The notes: a model not told the origin generated them from the letters alone. A DNA stretch of 64,000 bases from Desulfobacterales bacterium (GCA_963674755.2 CAXXVS010000002.1:800001-864000); one strand, 5' to 3'. Positions 47,867 to 57,957 are shown, numbered from the stretch's first letter. Made by a program: numbers and translations.

Positions 47867-48292
47867 TCAGTCCGTAATACTGAAGCGCAAGGTGCGGAGG
47901 AGGTTTTCGTCCGCATCACGAATTTCCACCCGCCAAGGTCCCTTGTCGGCTTCCCGCAGCTGAATGCTGCTGACCGAAGACCAGCTCGGTGGCTTTAGAA
48001 CCAGTTTTTTTCGGAAGATCAGTTTATCCTGCCGGATCCAATCGTGAAAGATGCTGGTTTGTTGCGGAACACGGTCAAATTCAGTGAAGCACATGACGGA
48101 GCCCGTACCGACCGAAAAAACCACACTCGGATTGATGGGTTTGAAATTTTCGAGTCCCTCGCAGATGACCGCTTCGGAGAGATGCAATTGATCCGCGTTG
48201 GCACGGCCTGGTGCTTCATTGTCGGCCGCGAAGGCGCCGGGCAGCAGGCTGCTCCACAGCACCAGGGCCCATATGGTGTGGTTTAGTGACAT
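47867..48292 (-). CDS. Exported DUF2914-like protein
   Basis: Signal peptide (..LPGAFA), CFTEF..IFHDW..WSSVS..DKGPWRVEI; ends 4 nt before the cyclase start. Confidence 0.75.
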   Translation of the reverse strand: MSLNHTIWALVLWSSLLPGAFAADNEAPGRANADQLHLSEAVICEGLENFKPINPSVVFSVGTGSVMCFTEFDRVPQQTSIFHDWIRQDKLIFRKKLVLKPPSWSSVSSIQLREADKGPWRVEIRDADENLLRTLRFSITD

Positions 48293-48407
48293 GCGATATT
48301 CATGAACAGATTATCGACGATGTCAACCCCAATTTCACCGGCGGTCGCGGCGGCAAGCTTCGTCCTTACATGAAAACGCCAACCACGACAGGCCCGCATA
48401 GCTGTTT

Positions 48408-51400
48408 TCAGCCACCGGCGGCATAGTGCTGCGGCTTGAAGGCGCGCATCAAACGGTCCTCCATGACGGCCTCATAGCCCGTGAGTTCCGCCAACACCCG
48501 GCCCTCCTGGTCGAGAAAGCTGAAATCCCCGACCAGCTTGTAGCGGGAAGCGTCTTTGACCACCAGAACGACCTGAATCGCCGTGGGCGGGAATTTGCGG
48601 CAGTACTGGCGGTAGGCGGCCGTGTAACTGGGCAGCGAAACGCGCCCGGTTTGATCGTAGCACCAGAGACTTGCCATTTGAAAGGCACCGTCCATCACCA
48701 GTGGGTCGGCGATCCAGCGGTTGCGCGGCGGTTTTTGAATCCAGGCGGCCGGTTCCGGGGCAGTCAGTAGTTCGGCCCGCATGCCGTGGGCATTGCAGAC
48801 ATGCACCTGCCGGATGGCCTGGAGAGCGCCGCCATGGAAAAGAATGTCACGATAAACCTGGGCGACATCACGTTGGTCGTTATCATCCTGCAGGGCGGCA
48901 GGGATGGTGAAGTCCGGTGGCGATGGCAGGTGGTCAGCCAAAAGGGCCGTGGCGCGGGAATGGATGACTTCGGCGCCCTCTTCGAGACCGTCGCGGAGTT
49001 CGAGGTCGATCATGACGCCGCCGCCATTGGAACGGGCCGGGGAGGCCAGCACACGGATGGGACGACGCTGCCGATCACCAAGAACGATGCCTTTCAGCAG
49101 GCGCATGTCGTCCAGCCCGGTCAGCTGCAGGCCGGGGTTGTTGTGCAGGGCGCCATGGCCGAACCACTCGGCCATCAGGGCGAAGGGCACCACCGGTTTG
49201 CCATCCAGGCGATGATGGTCCAGAATCGGATAGCGTTCGAGATTCAGTTCGCTGATGAAAATGGTGCTCAGCCCGCGGCTGTTTTCCGCTTCGGCAGTCC
49301 CTGATGGGATGGCCGCTGTCGATAAGGGGTCTTGATTCCCCTGGGCAGCGGACAGCTCCGATCCGATGACGATTTCCACACCCTCACGGTTTCCGGCATC
49401 CATTTCAGCGACAACGGCTTGCGCACCCTGATCCAATGGGATCAAGGCAATCCTTTTCTCTAAAAATACTTTTTTGAGAAAAGCATCGACCATGCCGCCG
49501 TCCCAGGGTCCCCAGTTGATGGCCCGTACCACACAGTTCGCCCGCCGGGATGCCTCGGCCACCGCCATCTTGTTGAGGACTTCATTGGCGACGGCATAAT
49601 CCACCTGGCCGATGTTGCCGAAACGGGCGGCCACCGACGAAAACAAAACGATATGGCTGAGGGGGTCCTCCTGGGTGGCGGCCAGGAGGTTTTCCAGTCC
49701 CTCCACTTTGGTTGTAAAAACCTCGTGGAATTCTTCCGGTGTTTTTTCAGCGATCAACCGGTCGCGCAGGACACCGGCGCCGTGGATGAGGGCTTTGATG
49801 GGACCATGCACCAGACGGACATCGTTCAACACGGCCCGGACACGGTCCGCATTGCGGATATCCAGGGGAAAATAGCGGACGTCGGCACCCATGGATCGGA
49901 TACGCTCCAGATGGGTTTTAATTTCGCGGTTGGCCCTGTAACGGCGGCAGGCTTTTTCAACCGCTTGGGGCGTAGGGCGAACCGATTCGAAGTCATGGGC
50001 GATGACGGCCTTTTTAAGCTCGCTTTCCACGGTGATTCCGTTCAGCCATTCCGGTTCCACAAAGGGCTCGGGAGAGCGTCCCAGAAGGATCAGGGTCGGC
50101 TTCCAGCGGCGGGCCAACGCTTCGGCGGCGGCGGCCGTCACACCGCGCGCACCTCCTGAAATCACGACCACATCGCCGCTTTCAAGATTCCGGCCGCTAT
50201 CGTGGCGGCTGCCGAGCGGCGCGGAGGCGAGTGCCAAAGTCACGCGATCCTCCGGTCCCAAACCCACTTCCACGGGCGCATCAGGGGCCGGATGGAGCAA
50301 TTCGGCCACAACCCGGCGCGCGATGGCCGGGTTATCCCGCCAGCCACTGGCGATATCCAGGGCATGGCAGGACACCCCGGGCCATTCGATGGCCGCTGTC
50401 TTGGCAATTCCGGCCAGGCCGCCCTGTTGGGGGGGCTGGTTCGACAAGCCTTCCACACCGAAGGTGCCGTCCAGGCGGCTGACCGTAGCCAGAAAGGCGC
50501 CGCCTGCAGCGGCACTGGCCTGGAGGGAAGGTGCGAGATAATGCGTCAGGCCGAAAGCATCTTCCAGGAAGGCTTTGCTGCGGGCCGCGGCGCCGACGGC
50601 CTCATCGACATCAGCGAGCAGGATCAAGCCGGCGGCTTCCGGCAGCTGTTCGCGATGCTTAAGGATGTCGATCGAGATCTGGACCGTGGACAATCCCTGG
50701 GCCGACAATTGATCGGCCAACGCATGGGACAGACCGGTTTTGTCCGTTGTGATGAAAACCTTGCGGTCCCTCGGGAGGGCAAGCGGCTGGCCTGGATGGT
50801 GAGCCGTTTTGACAGCCGTCAGCCTGCGGCGGCTGAGGGTGGCAACCGGAAGGATTTCGGTTTCACCCGCAGGGGTGACAGATAGCGGTTCCGCGGACGT
50901 CTCCTTGGGAGGGGAGGGTGTCGGTGAATGGGGTGCACTGCCGGCAAGGACGGCCGCGATCTGGCCGAGGGTTTTGAGGCCGGCCATCTCGTCAGGAGCG
51001 ATGGCCGGCCGGTCCGGCAGCCGGTCCTCCATGGCCGAGAGGATTTCCACCCGTTTGATGGAGTCGATGCCCAAATCCGCCTCGATGTCCATGTCGCGCG
51101 AAAGCATTTCTACGGGATAGCCGGTGAGGTCGCTCACCACGGCCAGCAAGGCGGCGTGAACCTGTTCTGAAAGCGCTCCGGCAGCCGCGGAGGGCGCGTT
51201 TCCGGTTGCGTCCGGTGCGGCCGTCTGCGACGGATCGCCCACCGATTGCAGGCGATTGGCGATCTGCTCCAGGGTTTTGAGCTCGGCCATCTCATCGGGG
51301 GCAATGGCCGGGAAATCCGCGATCCGATCTTCGAGGGCCGAGAGGATTTCCACGCGTTTGATGGAGTCGATGCCCAGGTCGGCTTCCACATCCATGTCAA

Positions 51401-54400
51401 GGCTGAGCATTTCCGTCGGGTAGCCGGTCAGTTCGCTGACCACGGACAGCAGGGCGGACGCGATCTCGCCCGAGGCCGCCGGGCTGTCGGCGCTGATGGT
51501 GACGGCCGTAACGGTTGTATTCGCAGGGGAGGGCTGGGGTGTCACCGGCCCGGCCAGATAGGCCGCCACTTGCCCAAGGGTCTGGAATTCGGCGATCATG
51601 TCCGGCGTCACCGCTGGCAAGCCCGGCAGCTTTTCTTCCACCCGGGACAGGATTTCCACGCGCTTGATGGAATCGATGCCCAGATCGCGCTCGATATGCA
51701 TGTCCATTCCCAGCATATCGACCGGATAGCCGGTCAACTCGCTGATCACCGCCAGCAATGTCCGGGATACATGCGCGCTGTCAACACCATCATCCATGGT
51801 GCCGTGGCCTGTCTCTCCGGCAATGCCGGCGTCCGGTTGATCGACATTATCCGCAGAAGACGGCGTGGAAGGTTCTTCCCGGACGGGCGGCGGAGCAGGG
51901 ATTGGGACGGAAGGCGACCGGCCGGGCTCAGCCGGAGCAGGCGCAGCAACACTCATCAGGGCGGTCCCGCGACCGCCCAGGACGGTTTCCGCAAAATGGC
52001 GGGAGCTTTCCATCATCTCCTGCAGAGTCCGGCTGGCCTGCTGCTGGGTATCCAGAAATTTCTGATGGGCTTCAACGGTTTGGGTCTGCAGGGCCTGCAG
52101 GGACTGCAAGCCCTGTTGCACCACTTGAAGGGCCTTTAAAACAGGGTGGTTGGAATCGTTCACAGGGTTGCTCACAGCGATCGGGTTAGCGCCGCCTGAC
52201 GGGGCGGCGGTATGATTCGTTAATAAGGCATCCCGTCTGTCGCGGAAAGCTTGGGCCGGAAGACTTCCTGTTTCGGAGAGAACGGGGGCATCTTCCGACG
52301 GAAGCGAAAGGGGCTTCGCCTGTACCGCTTTGGGCGGCGGGTTGACGGGTTTGGCGGACGAAACGTTCGACCCGGAAGGCCGAAAATTGGCGCCCCTGAC
52401 GGGGACCCGCATTTTGTATTGGGGCGGCGGATCGCCGGGCGCTTCCCATTCATCCCAATTGATCGGGCAGCCTAAAGCCGCCAGCTGGCACAGCAATTGG
52501 GCGAGATCGAACAGGCCGAATTTTTTACCATTGCTGGCATCCATGGCCAGGGCATGAAATTCGCGTCCTCTCAGGATGGCACGCACCAGTCCGGAAAGGA
52601 CTGTTTTAGGTCCGACTTCAACAAAGATGCGACCCTTCTCCGCATAGAGATTCTCGATCTCCCCGATGAAATCGACCGGGTTGCGCAGATGGTGTCCCAG
52701 CAGGGTGCGAATTTCAGCCGGATCTTCAGGATAAGGCTTCCCGGTGGTATTACTGTAGACCGGAATTTCGTTCGGGCGGATAGGAACGGATTGAACCGCC
52801 GCGGCAAAGGGTTCCCGCGCGTTTTCCACCAGCCGGCTGTGGAAGGCGGCGGAGACGGGCAGGCGCACCGTTCGGAGCTTTTGGTCTTGGCACACCGCTT
52901 CCGCTTGTTCGATGCTGGCGACATCGCCGGAGAGGATGCCCTGGTTGGGACTGTTGCGGTTCGCCAGGACCACATCGAGTCCCTTTTCCTCTATCAAGCG
53001 GTCCAATTGTTCCAGGGGCGCTTTGACGGCTACCATGGCCCCATTGGGTTGGCCGGGACGTCCCCCGGCCTCGGCCATCAAGCGCCCTCTCAGGGCGGAC
53101 ATGGCATGCAGGGTATCTTCGTCGATCCAACCGGCACCGTAGAGGGCGGTCAACTCGCCGTAGCTGTGTCCGCAGGTGGCTTCTGGGGTGAGGCCGAAGC
53201 GTTGCAGGATTTTTTCCATGGCCACGCTGAGTGCGCCGATGGCCGGCTGGGCAACGGCCGTATTGCGGAGGGCTTCCTCGTGATCCTGGGAATTTTCCGC
53301 ACTGTCGGGCAGAGGATAAATATAGTCCGTCAGGGCCTGCGCTTCGGAAAAATGGGTGTTGGCTGATTCCATGGCCGCCATGGCTTCTGGAAACCAGGCC
53401 ACCAGGTCGCGCCCCATGTGAAGGTATTGGCTGCCTTGACCGGGGAAGAGGAATACGACAGCGCCCGGGCATTCGCCGCTGCCCAAAAAGCTGGCGGCGG
53501 TTTGGCGGGCGGCGGCCTTTTCTTCAAAGGCCGGGGCGGCTTCGTTGAAGACGGCGTTTGTATTCCAGCAGGGTCCGGCGGTGTCTTCTTCGCGGCTCAG
53601 GATCAGCAGCAGACGATAGGGGGCCGCGGCGTCAAACGCCGTGCGGCTTTGGCGCGCCATGTGGGGCAGGGATTCCGGAGGGACGTCGGTCAACGTGCGG
53701 CGCATGGCGTGAAAGGCGGATTCCAGTTCCTCCTGTGAGGAAGCCGAAAGGGCCACGATTTCAAGGGAGCCGTCCCAGGCCACGGCGGTTCGTCGGGTTT
53801 CATATTCTTCCAGCACTACGTGGAAATTGCTTCCGCCAAAGCCAAAGGCGCTGACGCCGGCCCGGCGGGGGTGCTGTTTGGTGCGAAACCAGGGACGCGC
53901 CTGGGCGTTGAGGTAAAACGGACTCTTATCGAGCTCCAGGTCGGGGTCGGGAATGTCCGTTTTGAGCGTCGGCGGAAGAACCTTGTTGTAAAGTGCCAGA
54001 ACCGTCTTGATGAGACCGGCGGCGCCTGCCGCGGCTTTGGTGTGGCCGATCATGGATTTTACCGATCCCAGCGCGCAATGGCGCGTGGTGTCGGACGGGC
54101 CGAACAGCTCGCGGAGGGCCTGGATTTCGATTTTATCACCGACCCGCGTCCCGGTTCCGTGGGCCTCGATCAGATCGACGGAATCCGTCGTGACATGGGC
54201 TGCGGCGTAGGCCTTGTGCAAGGCCTTGATCTGGCCCTCGGCCCGGGGCGCATAGATGCCCTGGGATTTTCCGTCGCTGCTGGATCCGATCCCTTTCAAA
54301 ATCGCCAGGATGCGGTCGCCGTCCGCTTCGGCATCGGTCAGCCGCTTCATGATCAGAATGCCGATGCCTTCACCCAGAACCGTGCCGTCCGCCTTCTGGG

Positions 54401-55202
54401 AAAAGGGGCGCGCGTCACCGGAAGGAGAAAGAATCTGCGTGCGGGCAAAGCACATATGCATGAAAATATCGTTCAGGGTGTCCACCCCTCCGGTGACCAC
54501 CATGCGGGCGCGTCCGGTATACAATTCCATCAGGGACAGATTGATGGCGCTCATGGAACTGGCGCAGGCCGCATCCACGACACAATTGGTGCCCCCCAGG
54601 TCGAGACGGTTGCAGATGCGGCCGGCCACCACATTGCCCAGCAGTCCTGGAAAGGAATTTTCCTGCCAGGCCGGGTATTCGCCTGAAAGCCGCGCCATGA
54701 CGTCTTCTGCCTTCTCAGGATCGACTCCGGCAGCTTCCAAGGCACGCTTCCATTTGGGCCAGCTCAGCCGGGAGCTCAGTGGGATGACGAGTTCCTGGGT
54801 ACCGGTAACCCCTAAAATAACGGCGGTTTGATCGCGATCGAAATCAGCGCCATCACCATAACCGGCCTGTTCGAGGGCGGTTTTGGCGGCCATGAGTCCC
54901 AGGATCTGCGAGGTGTCAGTGGCTTCCAGGTTGGAGGGCGGGATGCCGAAGGCGGTGGGGTCGAAGGGCACCGGAGAGAGGAATCCGCCGCGACGGCAAT
55001 AAACGTGGTCGGGCTTACGGGGATCCTCGCTAAAATAATCCTCTAACGACCAATGGGACGGGGGAACTTCCGCAATGGCGTCCTTGCCGTGATAGAGCAG
55101 GTGCCAAAAGGCTTTCAGCCCGGAGGCATGGGGAAAGAAACAGCCGATGCCGATAATGGCGACCGGCGGCGCGCTGAAGAATTGCGTTTCATTGACATCC
55201 AT
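48408..55202 (-). CDS. pfaA: PUFA-synthase PfaA: KS-MAT-ACPx3-KR-DH
   Basis: WQENSFPGLLGNVVAGRI, DAACASS, EAHGTGT, GHTKAAAG; FPGQGSQY, GHSYGE, SAAFHS; three LGIDSIKRVEILS; SGGARGVTA, YAVANE; LDHHRLDGKPVVP. Confidence 0.95.
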   Translation of the reverse strand: MDVNETQFFSAPPVAIIGIGCFFPHASGLKAFWHLLYHGKDAIAEVPPSHWSLEDYFSEDPRKPDHVYCRRGGFLSPVPFDPTAFGIPPSNLEATDTSQILGLMAAKTALEQAGYGDGADFDRDQTAVILGVTGTQELVIPLSSRLSWPKWKRALEAAGVDPEKAEDVMARLSGEYPAWQENSFPGLLGNVVAGRICNRLDLGGTNCVVDAACASSMSAINLSLMELYTGRARMVVTGGVDTLNDIFMHMCFARTQILSPSGDARPFSQKADGTVLGEGIGILIMKRLTDAEADGDRILAILKGIGSSSDGKSQGIYAPRAEGQIKALHKAYAAAHVTTDSVDLIEAHGTGTRVGDKIEIQALRELFGPSDTTRHCALGSVKSMIGHTKAAAGAAGLIKTVLALYNKVLPPTLKTDIPDPDLELDKSPFYLNAQARPWFRTKQHPRRAGVSAFGFGGSNFHVVLEEYETRRTAVAWDGSLEIVALSASSQEELESAFHAMRRTLTDVPPESLPHMARQSRTAFDAAAPYRLLLILSREEDTAGPCWNTNAVFNEAAPAFEEKAAARQTAASFLGSGECPGAVVFLFPGQGSQYLHMGRDLVAWFPEAMAAMESANTHFSEAQALTDYIYPLPDSAENSQDHEEALRNTAVAQPAIGALSVAMEKILQRFGLTPEATCGHSYGELTALYGAGWIDEDTLHAMSALRGRLMAEAGGRPGQPNGAMVAVKAPLEQLDRLIEEKGLDVVLANRNSPNQGILSGDVASIEQAEAVCQDQKLRTVRLPVSAAFHSRLVENAREPFAAAVQSVPIRPNEIPVYSNTTGKPYPEDPAEIRTLLGHHLRNPVDFIGEIENLYAEKGRIFVEVGPKTVLSGLVRAILRGREFHALAMDASNGKKFGLFDLAQLLCQLAALGCPINWDEWEAPGDPPPQYKMRVPVRGANFRPSGSNVSSAKPVNPPPKAVQAKPLSLPSEDAPVLSETGSLPAQAFRDRRDALLTNHTAAPSGGANPIAVSNPVNDSNHPVLKALQVVQQGLQSLQALQTQTVEAHQKFLDTQQQASRTLQEMMESSRHFAETVLGGRGTALMSVAAPAPAEPGRSPSVPIPAPPPVREEPSTPSSADNVDQPDAGIAGETGHGTMDDGVDSAHVSRTLLAVISELTGYPVDMLGMDMHIERDLGIDSIKRVEILSRVEEKLPGLPAVTPDMIAEFQTLGQVAAYLAGPVTPQPSPANTTVTAVTISADSPAASGEIASALLSVVSELTGYPTEMLSLDMDVEADLGIDSIKRVEILSALEDRIADFPAIAPDEMAELKTLEQIANRLQSVGDPSQTAAPDATGNAPSAAAGALSEQVHAALLAVVSDLTGYPVEMLSRDMDIEADLGIDSIKRVEILSAMEDRLPDRPAIAPDEMAGLKTLGQIAAVLAGSAPHSPTPSPPKETSAEPLSVTPAGETEILPVATLSRRRLTAVKTAHHPGQPLALPRDRKVFITTDKTGLSHALADQLSAQGLSTVQISIDILKHREQLPEAAGLILLADVDEAVGAAARSKAFLEDAFGLTHYLAPSLQASAAAGGAFLATVSRLDGTFGVEGLSNQPPQQGGLAGIAKTAAIEWPGVSCHALDIASGWRDNPAIARRVVAELLHPAPDAPVEVGLGPEDRVTLALASAPLGSRHDSGRNLESGDVVVISGGARGVTAAAAEALARRWKPTLILLGRSPEPFVEPEWLNGITVESELKKAVIAHDFESVRPTPQAVEKACRRYRANREIKTHLERIRSMGADVRYFPLDIRNADRVRAVLNDVRLVHGPIKALIHGAGVLRDRLIAEKTPEEFHEVFTTKVEGLENLLAATQEDPLSHIVLFSSVAARFGNIGQVDYAVANEVLNKMAVAEASRRANCVVRAINWGPWDGGMVDAFLKKVFLEKRIALIPLDQGAQAVVAEMDAGNREGVEIVIGSELSAAQGNQDPLSTAAIPSGTAEAENSRGLSTIFISELNLERYPILDHHRLDGKPVVPFALMAEWFGHGALHNNPGLQLTGLDDMRLLKGIVLGDRQRRPIRVLASPARSNGGGVMIDLELRDGLEEGAEVIHSRATALLADHLPSPPDFTIPAALQDDNDQRDVAQVYRDILFHGGALQAIRQVHVCNAHGMRAELLTAPEPAAWIQKPPRNRWIADPLVMDGAFQMASLWCYDQTGRVSLPSYTAAYRQYCRKFPPTAIQVVLVVKDASRYKLVGDFSFLDQEGRVLAELTGYEAVMEDRLMRAFKPQHYAAGG
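50950..51760 (-). repeat. Three tandem ACP-coding repeats within pfaA
   Basis: Three copies of (E/D)LTGYP..ML..DM..E.DLGIDSIKRVEILS separated by Ala/Pro/Thr-rich linkers; boundaries approximate. Confidence 0.9.
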
Positions 55203-55453
55203 GGATCGATTCCTGAAAACCCAAGCGGATGCATCGATTCCCGAACAGCCGTCATCGCCACCGGCGATGGTGCCGAAGGTCGCTCTTGACGGGCCGGCTG
55301 GCGTTGATTCGCTGTCAGCGGCCGCTTATGGCATATCGGTGTACGATGCAAGCGGGTATGCCCCGCCCATTGTCTCCTGCCGTTTGGCGGGAACAATGCT
55401 TAGCTCGATTCGGATATACGCCGTGTGCGTATGTGAATTCAATTCAAAGCTTT

Positions 55454-55507
55454 ATTTTATAAGGTAAAATGCTAAAGATTGCAAGACCCTATCGGTAGTG
55501 GTATGGT
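55454..55507. promoter_or_regulatory. Divergent promoter pair sharing a palindromic -35 (TTGCAA 55479-55484)
   Basis: Plus: TTGCAA-17-TATGGT (55502-07). Minus: TTGCAA-17-TATAAA (55461-56), or -19-TAAAAT (55459-54). Confidence 0.55.
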
Positions 55508-55540
55508 TGTTCTATTGGCATAACAAGAGGACAAGATATC

Positions 55541-56098
55541 ATGCTGAAATACTTTCTAAATCGCGAATTGGCGATGCGCCTTGACATCCCGTTGAGCCGC
55601 TGGAAGCGATGGTCGCGGGAATTTTTGCCGCCGGATCCGCTGGGGGGGCTTCAGTCCGGTTTTGCGCGTCAATACAGCATCCGGGAGGCTTTTGTGGTTT
55701 ATCTGGCCGGCTATCTCGTATCGTCCCAGGCCTATTCCATTCCCGAGGCCCGGCAGATTTTGCATGACCTCACCGCCTGGCTGCAAAAAGAAGTCATCGA
55801 TCCTTGTTGCGCGGCCGCGGAGACGGGATCTGAACCGACATCGCAAGGATGCTGTCTTGAGTTGATGATCATTCCGGTCCAGCGCAACGGCTTCCCGGCC
55901 TTCAGTTACAGGGCCCGCCGGCTGCTGGATCGCAGGCGACTTGGTGTCGCTGACGAAGCGGAACTCTGGCAGGAGCAATACCGGGAAAGCATTTTAAAGC
56001 CAGGCAAGCCGGCGCCGTCAGGATGTTATCCGATTTGTGGCGGATGGGTGGCGCTATCGGTCCTGGCCGACCATTTTTTCGAACGACTGTCCCCTTGA
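55541..56098 (+). CDS. Hypothetical protein with a MerR-like N-terminal HTH
   Basis: YFLNRELAMRLDIPLSRWKRWSREFLPP..GFARQYSIREA resembles the MerR HTH/wing pattern; GAGGA RBS. Confidence 0.6.
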   Translation: MLKYFLNRELAMRLDIPLSRWKRWSREFLPPDPLGGLQSGFARQYSIREAFVVYLAGYLVSSQAYSIPEARQILHDLTAWLQKEVIDPCCAAAETGSEPTSQGCCLELMIIPVQRNGFPAFSYRARRLLDRRRLGVADEAELWQEQYRESILKPGKPAPSGCYPICGGWVALSVLADHFFERLSP

Positions 56099-56231
56099 TC
56101 GATCCTTTCGGCCGGACCATACTTGTTGGGTTGTTATATGAAGAGGACAACTAAACCTGCTATAACCTGCTGGTATAAATCGCTATTGTTCCAGTGAGAT
56201 TAATCTCGCCTGAGCCCGTTCGGTCCGCTGT

Positions 56232-57914
56232 TCAACGATCAGAGATTACTGTTTCTTCCAGAAGACCGGCAAGTTGGGCACGGGTCTGGGGGACGTATTT
56301 TTCGACCCCGGCGGGCAGCACCACCCCCTGCAGTCGAATCCAGTTGGCGCGCAGGGTGACGGCGGCTCCCAAAAGCAGGTTCTGCGCCACACCGACACAT
56401 TCCCGATTCTCCGGCTTTTCCAGGATGGAGCCTTTGGTCCATTGGTTGAAGGCGCCGATGGCCGGTCCGCACCAGATCTGGAAGTCCATCTGGCGTGAGG
56501 GGTCGCCGGCATTGGCCCATTTGGATGATTTCCCCAGATAGGCGCGAAACACCAGGGCCAGCCGGTGGTGGGGATCCTGTTCGGCGCGTGTGATCTGATG
56601 GGGATCGCGTACGGCGAAAAACTGGCGGGTCTGGTCCCACTCTGTCTCAAAATCGCATTTGAAATAATCCCGTTCCAGCATCTTGCGATCGGACGGGGGT
56701 ATCGCCTCCCATGACAGGTACTGGCGATAGTAATCGTAAAGCTTCTGCGCACGGAGGGCGAACATCGTACCGCGTTTCAAAACCTGCACACGAACGCCCA
56801 TTTCGAACATATCCGCCGAGGGGGCCATGGTTACATCGGCCTGACGGGCTTCAGCCAGCATCTGACGCACCAGATCCGAGCTTCCCGACTCACGACAGGC
56901 CTGGTTGACAGTGCCGGTGAGGATGTAGGCAGCGCCCATGGCAAAGGCCGCCGCCGCGGATTCCGGGGTAGCGATTCCGCCCCCGAGTCCAACGCCGATC
57001 GGTGTGTCGTATCCCTGTTGGACCGCGATGTCATCCCTGAGGTTCATCATGATGGGCAGCAGGGTGAGCGCCTGGCGATTATCCGTGTGGCCGCCGGAGT
57101 CGGCTTCGGCCGTAAGATCGGAAGCCATGGGGATGTGGCGCGCCAGTTGTGCCTCCTCCTCGCTGATGGCCCCTTCCTGGCGTAAGGCGGCCAGCAGTTT
57201 CTCGGGCGGCGGTGCGAAGAACTGGCGGGCCACTTCGACCCGGGATACCTTGGCAAGCACTTTGTTGGGGCAGACAATATGGCCGGCGGGGTCGCGATGG
57301 AGGCCCTTGACGCGATAGCGCACCAGGGGTTTGGTGAGCCGCAAATAGGCGGAGGCACTGATGCAGCGCACCCCGCGCCGCAGATAGAGGTCCACCACGG
57401 CCGCTTCGTGGTCGGGTTCGTGGGGGCTGTGGATCAGGTTGAATCCATAGGGGCGGTCCCCGAGGGCGGATTGGATCTGGTCGATGGCCTCTTCGATGGC
57501 GGCCAGGGGCATTCCGGCCGCGCCAAAGAAAGCGATCATGCCGGCCTTACCGGCGGCCGTGACCATTTTGACCGAGGTGATACCGTTGGCCATGGCGCCC
57601 ATGACATAGGCGTAGCGCAATCCGTAACGCTCACGAAAGATGCGGCTGCCAAGGCCGGCCGGCGGCAAGGGGGGCACATAGGCCTTGAGGGGATAGCTGC
57701 CGACAGGGTCCGGCGCTGTTCCAGCCTGGGGATGGAGCACAACCTGACCGTCGTGACTGACGGCCAGGCCACCATCTTTCTCGACGATGTAAAGGGGTCT
57801 TTGCACGTCTAAGAGAGCGGCCTCAATGGCATAGCGGCTGTCTTCCGGTTCTTGGCCCGGCGAGGGGCGCCACCAGCCGCTGATGGACGGCAACGGATCA
57901 CAGAGCGGTTGCAT
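56232..57914 (-). CDS. pfaD: PUFA-synthase enoyl reductase PfaD
   Basis: GAMANGI, FNLIHSP, AKVSRVEVA, EADSGGHTDN, MAPSADMFEMG, FQIWCGPAIGAFN; start set at MQPLC. Confidence 0.95.
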   Translation of the reverse strand: MQPLCDPLPSISGWWRPSPGQEPEDSRYAIEAALLDVQRPLYIVEKDGGLAVSHDGQVVLHPQAGTAPDPVGSYPLKAYVPPLPPAGLGSRIFRERYGLRYAYVMGAMANGITSVKMVTAAGKAGMIAFFGAAGMPLAAIEEAIDQIQSALGDRPYGFNLIHSPHEPDHEAAVVDLYLRRGVRCISASAYLRLTKPLVRYRVKGLHRDPAGHIVCPNKVLAKVSRVEVARQFFAPPPEKLLAALRQEGAISEEEAQLARHIPMASDLTAEADSGGHTDNRQALTLLPIMMNLRDDIAVQQGYDTPIGVGLGGGIATPESAAAAFAMGAAYILTGTVNQACRESGSSDLVRQMLAEARQADVTMAPSADMFEMGVRVQVLKRGTMFALRAQKLYDYYRQYLSWEAIPPSDRKMLERDYFKCDFETEWDQTRQFFAVRDPHQITRAEQDPHHRLALVFRAYLGKSSKWANAGDPSRQMDFQIWCGPAIGAFNQWTKGSILEKPENRECVGVAQNLLLGAAVTLRANWIRLQGVVLPAGVEKYVPQTRAQLAGLLEETVISDR

Positions 57915-57957
57915 GATATCGATTCCCTTTCGGCCTGATCGTTTCGGAAAGTTGCGC

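Noticed and set aside
50950..51760. Roughly 300 nt-period repeats as a CRISPR array or mobile repeat
   Set aside because: They are in-frame tandem ACP domains of PfaA.
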